Under the pieces are notes generated by a model. It searched no databases. It was not told where the DNA came from and was given only the letters and a program-made list of their open reading frames with translations. DNA of 64,000 bases from Nemertoderma westbladi (Eukaryota; Animalia; Xenacoelomorpha): NCBI GenBank assembly GCA_032718475.1, contig JAUCBJ010007040.1, positions 61,638-125,637 of the forward strand. The letters are read 5' to 3'. Position 1 is the first letter of the stretch, and every line of letters starts with the position of its first letter. Made by a program: the position numbers and the translations under genes. Positions 1 through 13,300 of the stretch are shown here, in pieces.

Positions 1-391
1 CAGTCTCGTTCAGTGATAGCCTACATCTTATGTTATGCTTTGTTGGTATATTTTTGCAAACATACCCGCCGAAGTGCCAATTTTCCTAATTTATGAAATT
101 TTGTCCGTTACTTTAATTATGATTCCAGAATTTCCTCCCCCCAGTTGCTATAATTTTTTAATTTTATAATTTTGATATTATTTTATATTCCCCCTCCCTG
201 TGCTATTAATAACTGTCACCGGATTACTTACTTAAGTAACCCCTCTATTTGTATACAGAGAAGACTAGCTATAATTTCATTACTGCGCTAGCTTCCTACC
301 AGACAGCTTTCTGGCTCTGTAACAATAGCCTATACCTATGCTACGGACTGTGCGGTACAGTAGTCTATTTCGTGCAGCCTACACGGTCTAT

Positions 392-963
392 CCTGCTGTA
401 CCCACATGCCCCCCTCTTCCCTCCGTGGCGCTCTCAGTGCCCACAGGTTCTATGGTACTGTGTACCCTACTACTACGGTATGCGTACATACCCCCCAATT
501 CTTCACGTGGTGCCCTCAGTGCCCATAGGTTCTACAGTACTATGTACCCTACTACTATGGTATGCGTTCATACGCCCCAATTCCTCATGTGGCGCCCTCA
601 GTGCCCACAGGTTCTACGGTACCATGTACCCTACTACTATGGTATGCGTACATACCTCCCAATTCCTCACGTGGCACCCTCAGTGTTCACAGGTTCTATG
701 GTACTATGTACCCTACTACTATGGTATGCGTACATACCCCCCAATTCCTCACGTGGTGCCCTCAGTGCCCACAGGTTCTACGGTACCATGTACCCTACTA
801 CTATGGTATGCGCACATACCCCCCAATTCCTTACGTGGCACCCTCAGTGCCCACAGGCTCTACGGTACTATGTACCCTACTACTATGGTATGCATACATA
901 CCCCCCAATTCCTCACGTGGCGCCCTCAGTGCCCACAGGTTCTACGGTACTGTGTACCCTACT
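392..963. repeat. 82-bp minisatellite, about 7 copies
   Basis: AATT of the motif ccccAATTcctcacgtgg recurs at 497, 579, 661, 743, 825, 907 (period 82). Confidence 0.95.
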
Positions 964-1470
964 AATATCTACTATCTACACTAATAAGTACTTATTTTAT
1001 TATTTTACTTGTTTATTATTTTTATTTTGTGTGCGGGAAGGGCGTCTCGCCCTCATTCCCACCCCCTCAGTCCAACAAATTGGATGACTAAACTCTAAGG
1101 CGACCCTTCCAATAGGCAACACTTTCCTACCACCCTCCTGTAGGTCTTCCTATCTTTGGCCCCTATCTTTCCTCCGATCTTCACTTCTACGGATCTAATT
1201 CTTCCATCTTTGTCCCCCCTCAGTCCAACTTATTGGACGACTCAACAACCTAAGGGCGATTCTTCTAGCAGGCAACTCTCCCACTGCACCCCTGTAGGTC
1301 CTCTTAATCTTCGCCCCACTCTCCTTGTCAATTCCAACTCTCTTGGGATTGACCTTCCTTTCTCATCCACCCTTAAATCGGGTCTTTCTGTCATCTCTTT
1401 CTATCGTGGTCCCCTGGCAGAAAAATGCCACCCTCCATCTTGTTGTCACTTGGTGGTAGAATGCCGCACT

Positions 1471-3733
1471 TCATGTCATCCTCACTGGTACATGCCACAG
1501 CTCTGCTGGCCTCCCCCTCAATATGTATACTCTGCCAGCCCCATGTGTGTATACAACACGCCTCCTGAAAACTTTCCTGCCTCCTTTGTCACGCTTCATT
1601 ATCAGCTTCTCCGCCCTTGGTCTCATCTTCCCACATCCTCTCCCATTCCACCCTGTCCTCTTACTCGACCTCCTTCCTATTGGTATGCTTCTCAACTGGA
1701 CCAGTGTCTGCTCCAGACATCTCTCCAGATATCTCACCATCCACTCTTCTCCATCCTCATACCGATACTCGCCAGGTACATCTATGTTCCATCCCATCGC
1801 CTCTAGGTCCTCTGCGTCGAACCCATCCTCCTCCGCCCACTCTCTTGCTGTTGCTTCTCCTCCTGATTCATCTATCGGCGGTATTTTTCTGGACTTATCC
1901 TCCACCCTATCACCACGCTCCACTATGCGTGGTTCCAGATCCATACCCATCCCCGACTCGTGGTATCCTTCCCCGGGTCGCTCCTCACATGGGATCACCC
2001 CATCACCCGTCTTTGACTTCTCCTCTATCTCATCAACAGTACCGGAGAGCATGCATCCTGATGTTTTGGATACACCAAACGGTGTCCTCGTCTTAATGGG
2101 GCCAGTGAGCGTCCATCCAAATAGCGTGAGAATGGCCATCGGGTCTCGCTCCCTGTCATCGCCGAATATGGTCTGTAGTCTCTCGTGGGCTGTCGGGCAA
2201 TCCATGCCGACTATGAGAGATATTTTCGTGACATTCAGTTTGGGTACGAAAAAATCGATGTCATCCTGGTACCACTATTGCTCGACCTTGATCTTCGTGG
2301 GTCGCCTGGCGTTAAAATAAATCGATTCTATTATTTTGATGGGTTCGATGGTAGCCCCACAGTTGCACCCTGGTGTTATCGCTGATATCTCGCAATGCCC
2401 CATTCTCATTCTCATGATCTCGTCCTTATTGGAGATAGTAGTTACCGCCATCTTGCTTAGCCTCGTTCGTAACCCTATCCTTTCGGCCACCCAACTCTCC
2501 GTTAGCGTAAAAAAAAGCTCCACTATCGACCAACATCAGTGTCGTGACCGATAGCCCATCCTCTCCTATTATTCTCACTGGTACTACCCCGAGTAGTACT
2601 GTCCTCTTCCTCCTTGCTCCCACCGTGCTCGTTGCCATTGTTTGGACTCCAGTCTCATCAGTTTCGTTGTGTTTCATCGGTGGTTCCTGGCATTCATTCT
2701 TCCAGTGTCCTCCTACCACGCATTGGTGACATAGTCCATTCTTATCAGCGTAGGATATCCGATCTTGTTTGAGTAACGCCTGCCAATGCTTACAGTCCAT
2801 GGTCTTATGGGTTCCATCTCTATGCAATTGACATTTGTATCCTGGATTGTAGCGTTCCTTGTATAGCCCTTCATGTATTGCGCGTAGATTCATATCTAGT
2901 AGTTTAGTGTTTTGGTTATTTGGACTCGGCCTAATGGGGGTATTGGGTTTGTATTTGTATGTGTTGTTTTGCTTCTGCCCCTGCCATGGTGTGGTTCTAC
3001 TCCCAGCTGCTTGTGGACTAGAAGTCCCCTGCATGGCCGCATGCGGTAGCGACTGTCTCACTCTTGGAAATGCATACGCCGGATTATGTTTGGGTTTAGG
3101 CCTGTTGTATTCAGCTTTCGGTGCCTTCCTCAAACTGTCCTCGCTGTAGACTGGATCTGTATTCAATTCCGCTTCATAGTTAAGGAAGTTTGAAATCTCC
3201 TCTAGCCCTGGCTCAGCACCTTTCTTCTCCTGGGTGGAGAAGGCGATCTTTCTCCACTTGTTCCTCAGCCAGATCGGTAGTGCCTGCGCTATTGTAGTAA
3301 TGTTATTCGATGCATTAAGTTCGTAAGGTGCATCTAGGGTCTTTAATACAATTAGCGCCTTTTCTACTTTATTCGCGAAGGTTTTAATGCTATCAGGGTC
3401 ATCCTGTAGTCTGCCTGATGTTATTCCCCTTAAGGTTTGTCGGATAATCTTTGCAGGATGCCCGAATTCCCTGTCCAGGGCTCGCCATGCAGTCGTGAAT
3501 CCTCCTTCAATACCTTGGAATTGCCTCACGATGTCATATGCTGGCCCCCTTGTGTAGACTTGTAAATATTTAAGGCATTCCGCCTGTGTCAAGTTCTTCG
3601 TTAAAATTTCATTGCTGTACATACGCCGGAATTGCAGATATTCCTCCGGCTTACTACCATCGAATTTGAAGGACTCTACTGGCAGTAGCTCGATCCTGGT
3701 CTTTAGCGTGTCGATGAGTGTTGCCATTTCCAT
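1471..3733 (-). pseudogene. gag: BEL/Pao-type Gag (DUF1759-like, zinc knuckles) and aspartic protease, frameshifted
   Basis: ORF 2426-3733 has CQLHRDGTHKTMDC, CHQCVVGGHWKNEC and LVDSGA; the frame breaks at an A-run near 2509-2517 and continues in ORFs 2275-2523 and 1471-2205. Confidence 0.75.
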
Positions 3734-6700
3734 CGCTTATACTTCCAGCGCGCTTGATGGTTGGGATACAGCCTCCCTTGCTGTTGGGTGCGGTTCTCCT
3801 GCCGGGCCCGTCGACTTTCCTTGCGTTGGATATATCATCGGGGGTAATGGTCCCCTCCATATCTCCGTGTCTCATGACTTATTTGGGTCTGAGGGGTTTG
3901 GGGTTTTTATTCTTGCCTGCATGTATTGCTGATACTGCAATGGGGGAATGTCACACTGCCCCCCCCCCCCCCCCCCCACCGGTGTTATGTTTGGTACTGG
4001 GGTTGATGTTATCATGTTAGGGCCCATGCACCTATTGGCAATACCCCCCCCCCCCCCCCCCCCTCCCCTGGGTATATATTATATCCCTGCATGTTATAGT
4101 CATACTGATGTGCAGGTACCAGTATAGGCCTATCCACTTCTTGCCTACCAACCGGTATGTACACCGCGATTTCCGGGTTTAATCCCGTTGTCCACGCTAC
4201 CCTATCGCCTACACTATCTCTCCCAGCATGGCCTATAGTATGTGCAGTATGGCCTACAGTTTTTCCTGTAGTCTGCATGTGTCCTTCTGGACCAAAGTTT
4301 AATCTTCTCGTGTACTCCAAGAAGTCCTCCCCGCGACTACCATAGTCTCGATCGGCAGCTGCGTTACGACGGGAAGTTTCTCTCTGGTCCCCTCTTCTGT
4401 CCTCATCCTCGTACCAGTACAGTCTGTACCCCTCTCCCGGTGTGTGGTATATCTCTCCAGGTTGTGTTTCTCCGGGGCGATGGCAATCTCCTGAAGTACG
4501 ACCCCACTGGCTTTCTGTCTCCATCTCGACTACTGATGGTTCACTGTCCGTCCTATCCCTCCGGTTGCTCATAGCAACGCTTCCTCTCTTCTCCTCGCCT
4601 CATCCTATTCCAGTGCAGTGTTCCTCCTCATGAGATCTCGCTTCGACCTCGCGTATAAACTCTACTGTGCTTCTTCCGTCTTCGTACTGGGCTCGACGTT
4701 TTCTCGCTCGCCCTCTCACGGCGCCAACGTCTCTCCCTCTGCCCGGTTTGACGGCCCTGGGGAAATTCGCAGTCCCCCTACTATTCTTTGTCGTCGGGTG
4801 CCACAGCTCACTTAACTCGCTGCGCGCATTGTCCACTGACGCTCGTGGGACATTCTCTGGCCCCCCTCTCGACCGCCGTCGGATGCTGTGGTTCACTCAA
4901 CTCACTGCGCACATTACCCGTCGACGCTTGTGGGACATTCTCTGCCCCCTCTCGTCACTAATCGCTTGTGGTAGGGTAGCCGTAGCCCCCCTCCGTCCGT
5001 CACCTCCTACTTCGCCCCTACACTCCCCTCTAGTCGACGCGTTATCTCTACCCTCACTGGGTTTATTCACTCCGGCTCCTCCTGGCGCAACTGCGTGGCC
5101 CTGCATGCTCTCATTGGCTGGCTCACTTGTTCCCCCTACGTTTGTATTAATTGCACTGTTAATAGTTTCGCCCTGGTTTACTATGTCGTTATTAATAATA
5201 TTACTTTGAATAATTTCTTTGGGGTTATTTATTATATTATTATTATTTAAATTATTGTTTAAAATATTTAAATTATTTTGTTCGATATTATTTATATTAT
5301 TATTTAAATTATTTTGCACACCAACATTAGGATTATTACTACTGGGTAAAATATTATTTCCTGCAAGAAAAGTTTGATTAGGGTTATCTATTACGGTACT
5401 ATTAATATTAACTTCACCGGATGTATTATTATTACCCCCCCCCCCCCCCCCCCCACCCATACGGTCACACCAGTCTTGGGTCTGTCATCCAGTACCTGTA
5501 AGTGGGGTATTAACAAAGGTTTCCATCACCTCTGGTTCCTCGTAAATACTACCCGAACCAGCCTCACTCTCCGATAAACCCATTTTTGCCAGTTCTAACC
5601 AGCGCTTTTGCTTCGCTTGGTAATGCATTAACCCTCTCAACCGGGTATGCATATCATCCCGCAAGCGTTTGCCCACGCTCTCTCTTTCTCTATCCTCCCT
5701 CATACTCTGGTTGGCCAATTCTGCCTCACTCGCCTCCCGCTCTCTACGCTCATTCATTTCTCTCTCAATCCTCTCAGCTTTCCTCGCTTCCCGCTCTTTG
5801 CGCTCGTTCTCTTCTCTCTCAATCCTCTAAGTTTTCCTCGCTCCCTGCTCTTTGCGCTCGCTCTCTTCTCTCGTCTCTCGCTCTTTGCGCTCATTTATCT
5901 CTTTCTCTCCTCCCACTCCCTATGGTTTCTCGCCACCCTCTCGGCCCTATCTTTACACTCGCTCGCTAATTCTCTCTCTCTCTCTAGCAACGCAGTTCCC
6001 TTTTCCAACTGCATTTCCACTTCCTTTTGACCCAGTGCAACAATGTCTAATTGACACACCAAATCTATCTCTAACACCCGTCTTGCAATCGCGGAGGATG
6101 TAGCAGACTTATCAGTCGCGACGGACTCCCGTCGCCTCTCTGTCCTGGTAATTTTCCCCCGTTTGCTGGGGTTCCTACTAACCGACGACACCGAATCTTC
6201 AGGGTTAACCTCGGATTCGCTGTCGTGCGGGTCGGCCCATCCCACTATTTTAATCCCCATCGCATCCACTAAGTAAGGCCCTATGTACACTACACCTGCC
6301 TCCATCACCTCGGATCGCCACAATTCAAATAGTTCTGTGGCGACCCCCCTCGCCCTCTCATTCGCCAGTTCCCCCTGTCCAAAATGGACTAAATAACGGA
6401 AATGTTTATTGGACTCACCTAGCCTCTGATATAGTTTAGGCTGGTCTACCTTTCTCCCTTCCTTAGCGTCTTTTAGTATCTTCTTGGTGGCGTTGTATGC
6501 CCGTCACAGGCGATCACTCGTCCCGACATCCTCCTCGTTGACTCTACCTTCCCTCCTCGTCCGGCGTCATACCGTCAGCCCCACCGTCGCCGTTCCAGTA
6601 GGCCGTTCGCCACCCTCAGATAAACTTATATATTAAAATAAAAAAATACCTAAGTTTTGAAATGAATAAAAACAGTGTAGAAAAGTCTAACAAAGCATTT

Positions 6701-7178
6701 TCGCAAAAGATTTGAGTTCTAGAATGTGCTTTTGATGTGTAAATTACACAAAAATTACCAGAAAAATTAGGTGGCCCTGTGGTCGTTTTGTGTATCTACT
6801 TTTCCTATAGAAATTTATTGCAAACGAATATCCAACAGGATATTTATAATGGTCATTATATTGGAGCAGTTAAATTTTTTCAATCGGATTTTTCTAACAA
6901 TAATAATTAATAGATATTATGCATATCTTGTTCTTATCATTCGATAGTTAATGAACTAGTTTATATATTAATTATTAAGGAGTGGCCCTATGGCCCGCAG
7001 TTGGAGTTATATATATATTATTATAAACTCAGTCTTTATACTCAAATAATTCTGTATTTCAATGTAATTGTATTCCATCATTACGGGTACCATACAATCA
7101 TACAGACACTACAATACATAAAGACATGCATACCAGGATATTTATTGATAAAATTAATTGAAATATTCTACACTTCAG

Positions 7179-7301
7179 ATATTGATGAATGTTCTACCAA
7201 TACTGATAATTGCCACAGTAACGCAAGCTGCACAAACAATGATGGTAGTTTTACATGTGCATGTAATTCAGGCTATTCTGGCAATGGTGTTTCCTGCAGT
7301 G
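7179..7301 (+). CDS. cbEGF exon 1
   Basis: cacttcAG / DIDECSTNTDNCHSNASCTNNDGSFTCACNSGYSGNGVSCS / GTaag. Confidence 0.9.
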
Positions 7302-10300
7302 GTAAGCAAATATCATATTATATTACCATTATAATACAACGTCGACGTTATCGTAATAACTTAAGCCTTGGCTTTCACGGTTTTGCAATTTTAATTTTCG
7401 AATTTATAATTTAATAAATTCCTCTTTTATGTGCTTCAGATATTGATGAATGTTCTACCAATTCTGATAATTGCCACATTAATGGAAGCTGCATGAACAG
7501 TGATGGTAGTTTCTCCTGTGCATGTAATTTGGGCTACACTGGCAATGGTGTTTCCTGCAGTGGTCAGCACATATCATCTTATATTAGCAATACAATATAA
7601 AGTTGACATTATCTTGTTAACTTAAGACTATTATCCATGGCATATGACTTTGTTTGATGTTTCTGCAATTAGGATTTGTGAATTTATAATTTAATAAATT
7701 CCTCCATTCTGTGCTTCAGATATTGATGAATGTTCTACCAATTCTGATAATTGCCACATTAATGGAAGCTGCATGAACAGTGATGGTAGTTTCTCCTGTG
7801 CATGTAATTTGGGCTACACTGGCAATGGTGTTTCCTGCAATGGTAAGCAAATATCAATAATTATTCACCAGTTATTTTGTTGTTTTTCCGGTTGTTTTTA
7901 CCCGAGGAGTAGGAACTAGCCGAGGCAAAGCCGAGGTTACTCCGATAACATCATTTTTATAAACTTTTAAAAGTTGATTATTATAATATTAAGCAATGGA
8001 AAAATTATTTCGAACAAAATTTTCTGATATAAAACTGCAACATTGTGTGCCCACTACTATAACTTTTCTAAAAGGGCATAGTTTTGGGGAGAGGATATAA
8101 AAAAGGGGCATGGCACTTTTGGCGGAAAAATAAAGACAAATAATATTATTTATTTGTACCGATTTAATAAGAGTGGTTTGGAAAAATGCAATATGAAATT
8201 CAAAAAGAAAACTTAGAAATTTCATAATTATTAGTAAACTTTTCCTGACCAACTGCCTTCATTTGACCTATTTTCAGAGAGCCATGCTTTTCAAAAGGAC
8301 AGCCCATCTAGGAGTACAGTTTACCATCCCGTATCACATCCGCAAAAAGCAATAAAAACGAAATTCTCCAAAACTACGAATTTTACCCAATCTCAAAAGT
8401 TATAATCCGAGCCCAAATCCTGTCTTATTTCAACTTATTTAATTCGTCCATTTTAAACATTGTCCATTATTCAAATTATAATATTTCAACATGACAAACC
8501 TTTTAAAATGTAGTAGTGACACTCACCATCAATTGAATCTTATCATATTTATTATAACAGTAAATTGACCAGATTATTTGCATAGTTACTATTTGAATCA
8601 ATCGGTTACTAAATTACTAAATTACTGGCTCTTTCAAGATTGCCTTTACCAGCACTTTTCGTTTCCGCTAATCTAGTTTTTAGGATGTCTCTACTAAGAC
8701 GAAACTCAGGGAGTTCTAGCGCATTTCCTAACCCTAGATCTTTCAATATGGGAAGGACTCCCTAAAAACAACGACCTTGCGCAACTTTTTCACCGGTTTT
8801 TTTCTTATACTTACGGATAAATCCGTTGAAATGTTTTGCTAATTCCCCTCTTTTCGATTCCTCGCTCACTTCTTCGATTGTTTCACTGACATTGTTTATG
8901 TCGAGATATTTTTGAAATGCTGCGACAGAACACAGAAACAGTGGTGGAATCAGTGGTATGGACGTTTCTGTTCGTTAATCTGTACTCGTCATCGGTTTTG
9001 TCGTTTTGCAATAATCGAAGAGATGACTCATCCCTGAATCGTTAAGCTGGTGGTATAGTTTCATCATTTCCCAATGTGGAATCCATTGAAATAAATTGAT
9101 CATTGGCATTGAAGAGATTTTCTAAACACACCAGATCAACTAAATCTAAGTCATCCATGCCTAATCGGTTATACTGGTTTGCAATACAATAGATCACAGC
9201 AAAAATGTTTAGGTAAACAGAATGTGAAACCAACGCACTGTTCTGCCATTACTCGCACCTACAATAGGCCTACTGTAGTTGACCTACCAATTTTTTGCTC
9301 TAAATCATAATTGCCAAACCTCAAAATAAGTGCAGAAGTGTACCTACTGTGGTACGTTACCGGTAAGATGCGTACCGTTATGTTGCACAAACCAAATTCG
9401 TCAAAGAGAAAGTGAAATCAAAATGCAGAAGCTACCTGTAGGTACCAGACTGCCGATATGTTGCTCTAAGCTAAAATGGTCAAACAGAAAGTAAACACCA
9501 TAAATAAAAAGCAGAAGGTACCGTAGGGCCTACAGTTTGCAGTTTGCAACCAGTGTAGGTTATCAATTATTACACTTCGGCCTACACCCCTTGGAAAAGT
9601 AACTATTTAAAATCCTCGGCCTTTGGCCTCGGATTTTAAACACTTAATTTTCCGCGGGCTTCGGCCTCAGCAACAGCAGTTGGTTTGCGGAAAAATAAAA
9701 TTACAAAATACCGGACAAAAATAACAACCCTATAGACCAACATTAGTTCAGTGTTATTTTTTCCAGGATTTGTTTTGTAACAACATATTATATTACCAAT
9801 ACAATATAAAGTTGACATTATCTTGTTAACTTAAATAAGACTACTGTATTATCCAATCCATGGCATAGGTTTTGATGTTTTTGCAATTATGATTTGTGTA
9901 TTTATATAATTTAATAAATTCCTCTATTATGTGCTTCAGATATTGATGAATGTTCTACCAATTCTGATAATTGCCACATTAATGCAAGCTGCTCGAACAG
10001 TGATGGTAGTTTCTCCTGTGCATGTAATTTGGGCTACACTGGCAATGGTGTTTCCTGCAGTGGTAAGCACATATCATCTTATATTAGCAATACAATATAA
10101 AGTTGACATTATCTTGTTAACTTAAGACTATTATCCATGGCATATGACTTTGATGTTTTTGCAATTAGGATTTGTGAATTTAGAATTTAATAAATTCCCA
10201 TTTTTTTGATCTTCAGATATTGATGAATGTTCTACCAATACTGATAATTGCCACATTAATGCAAGCTGCTCGAACAATGATGGTAGTTTTACATGTGTAT

Positions 10301-13300
10301 GTAATTCAGGCTATTCTGGAACTGGTGTTTCCTGCAATGGTAAGCAAATATCAGATAATATTACCAATACAAACAATACAAAACAAACTTCGATACCATC
10401 AACTTAAAATCCTATTATCCTGTCATATTGCTTTTAATTAAATTTTTTTGGAGTATTAATTTGCAAATTCATAATTTAGTAAATTCCTATATTTTGTACT
10501 TCAGACATTGATGAATGTTCTACCAATAGCGATAATTGCCATATTGATGCTAGCTGCACAAACAATGATGGTAATTTTACATGTGCATGCAATTCAGGCT
10601 ATTCTGGAACTGGTGTTTCCTGCAATGGTAAGGAAATAACATAGATAAGATACCGTACATTGTTGGTAGAACCTAACATTTCCTTGACCTCTATATTTTA
10701 CTGTTTACCTACCGGTACCGTGTTACTGTACCCATTTTCCTTATGCTCTATTTGTTATTATTATGGTAGTTATATATGATAGCCCACTCCAAAGTGAATA
10801 AATCTTCTACCGCCCTGGTAGCTCAGTGGTCTTAGGACACACACTCGGCTGATGATAACCGGAAGTTTGAAACCTAGGTACCGAGTTCGAGCCCCAATAG
10901 GGGCGGTTGATATTTTTCACTATGGAGAGCATTATCATAATGTACTATAACATTTATTTAATTCGCCGTCACCCTCCCCACAACAATTCATTTATAATTA
11001 ATTCACACGCATGGCCGGCATACGGGGTTACAGTGGTTTCTACAACACTGGATAATAGTTATTCTTTGAGGCATGGTTGCCATTTCTGGCAGAGCACGGG
11101 AATAACGTTGTACTTTCCTATGAGTGACTGTAAAAGGCCTATATATGATAGCCCACTCCAAAGTGAATAAATCTTCTACCGCCCTGGTAGCTCAGTGGTC
11201 TTAGGACACACACTCGGCTGATGATAACCGGAAGTTTGAAACCTAGGTACCGAGTTCGAGCCCCAATAGGGGCGGTTGATATTTTTCACTATGGAGAGCA
11301 TTATCATAATGTACTATAACATTTATTTAATTCGCCGTCACCCTCCCCACAACAATTCATTTATAATTAATTCACACGCATGGCCGGCATACGGGGTTAC
11401 AGTGGTTTCTACAACACTGTATAATAGTTATTCTTTGAGGCATGGTTGCCATTTCTGGCAGAGCACGGGAATAACGTTGTACTTTCCTATGAGTGACTGT
11501 AAAAGGCCTATATATGATAGCCCACTCCAAAGTGAATAAATCTTCTACCGCCCTGGTAGCTCAGTGGTCTTAGGACACACACTCGGCTGATGATAACCGG
11601 AAGTTTGAAACCTAGGTACCGAGTTCGAGCCCCAATAGGGGCGGTTGATATTTTTCACTATGGAGAGCATTATCATAATGTACTATAACATTTATTTAAT
11701 TCGCCGTCACCCTCCCCACAACAATTCATTTATAATTAATTCACACGCATGGCCGGCATACGGGGTTACAGTGGTTTCTACAACACTGTATAATAGTTAT
11801 TCTTTGAGGCATGGTTGCCATTTCTGGCAGAGCACGGGAATAACGTTGTACTTTCCTATGAGTGACTGTAAAAGGCCTATATATGATAGCCCACTCCAAA
11901 GTGAATAAATCTTCTACCGCCCTGGTAGCTCAGTGGTCTTAGGACACACACTCGGCTGATGATAACCGGAAGTTTGAAACCTAGGTACCGAGTTCGAGCC
12001 CCAATAGGGGCGGTTGATATTTTTCACTATGGAGAGCATTATCATAATGTACTATAACATTTATTTAATTCGCCGTCACCCTCCCCACAACAATTCATTT
12101 ATAATTAATTCACACGCATGGCCGGCATACGGGGTTACAGTGGTTTCTACAACACTGTATAATAGTTATTCTTTGAGGCATGGTTGCCATTTCTGGCAGA
12201 GCACGGGAATAACGTTGTACTTTCCTATGAGTGACTGTAAAAGGCCTATATATGATAGCCCACTCCAAAGTGAATAAATCTTCTACCGCCCTGGTAGCTC
12301 AGTGGTCTTAGGACACACACTCGGCTGATGATAACCGGAAGTTTGAAACCTAGGTACCGAGTTCGAGCCCCAATAGGGGCGGTTGATATTTTTCACTATG
12401 GAGAGCATTATCATAATGTACTATAACATTTATTTAATTCGCCGTCACCCTCCCCACAACAATTCATTTATAATTAATTCACACGCATGGCCGGCATACG
12501 GGGTTACAGTGGTTTCTACAACACTGTATAATAGTTATTCTTTGAGGCATGGTTGCCATTTCTGGCAGAGCACGGGAATAACGTTGTACTTTCCTATGAG
12601 TGACTGTAAAAGGCCTATATATGATAGCCCACTCCAAAGTGAATAAATCTTCTACCGCCCTGGTAGCTCAGTGGTCTTAGGACACACACTCGGCTGATGA
12701 TAACCGGAAGTTTGAAACCTAGGTACCGAGTTCGAGCCCCAATAGGGGCGGTTGATATTTTTCACTATGGAGAGCATTATCATAATGTACTATAACATTT
12801 ATTTAATTCGCCGTCACCCTCCCCACAACAATTCATTTATAATTAATTCACACGCATGGCCGGCATACGGGGTTACAGTGGTTTCTACAACACTGTATAA
12901 TAGTTATTCTTTGAGGCATGGTTGCCATTTCTGGCAGAGCACGGGAATAACGTTGTACTTTCCTATGAGTGACTGTAAAAGGCCTATATATGATAGCCCA
13001 CTCCAAAGTGAATAAATCTTCTACCGCCCTGGTAGCTCAGTGGTCTTAGGACACACACTCGGCTGATGATAACCGGAAGTTTGAAACCTAGGTACCGAGT
13101 TCGAGCCCCAATAGGGGCGGTTGATATTTTTCACTATGGAGAGCATTATCATAATGTACTATAACATTTATTTAATTCGCCGTCACCCTCCCCACAACAA
13201 TTCATTTATAATTAATTCACACGCATGGCCGGCATACGGGGTTACAGTGGTTTCTACAACACTGTATAATAGTTATTCTTTGAGGCATGGTTGCCATTTC

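Larger units (their letters stand above)
1..6618 (-). mobile_element. BEL/Pao-like LTR retroelement internal region (5'-truncated, no LTR seen): N-terminal extension + Gag + protease, no RT/RNase H/integrase
   Basis: Minus-strand ORFs 5895-6323, 5485-5757, 4897-5460, 4012-4572, 2426-3733, 1471-2205 are collinear with the copies at 36590-42996 and 57295-63650; Gag-like FDGSKPEEYLQF, Cys/His knuckles, LVDSGA protease motif, PMAILTLFGWTLTGP motif typical of BEL/Pao. Confidence 0.8.

Noticed and set aside
249-1087. Three overlapping ORFs with repeated peptides
   Set aside because: Produced by the 82-bp minisatellite
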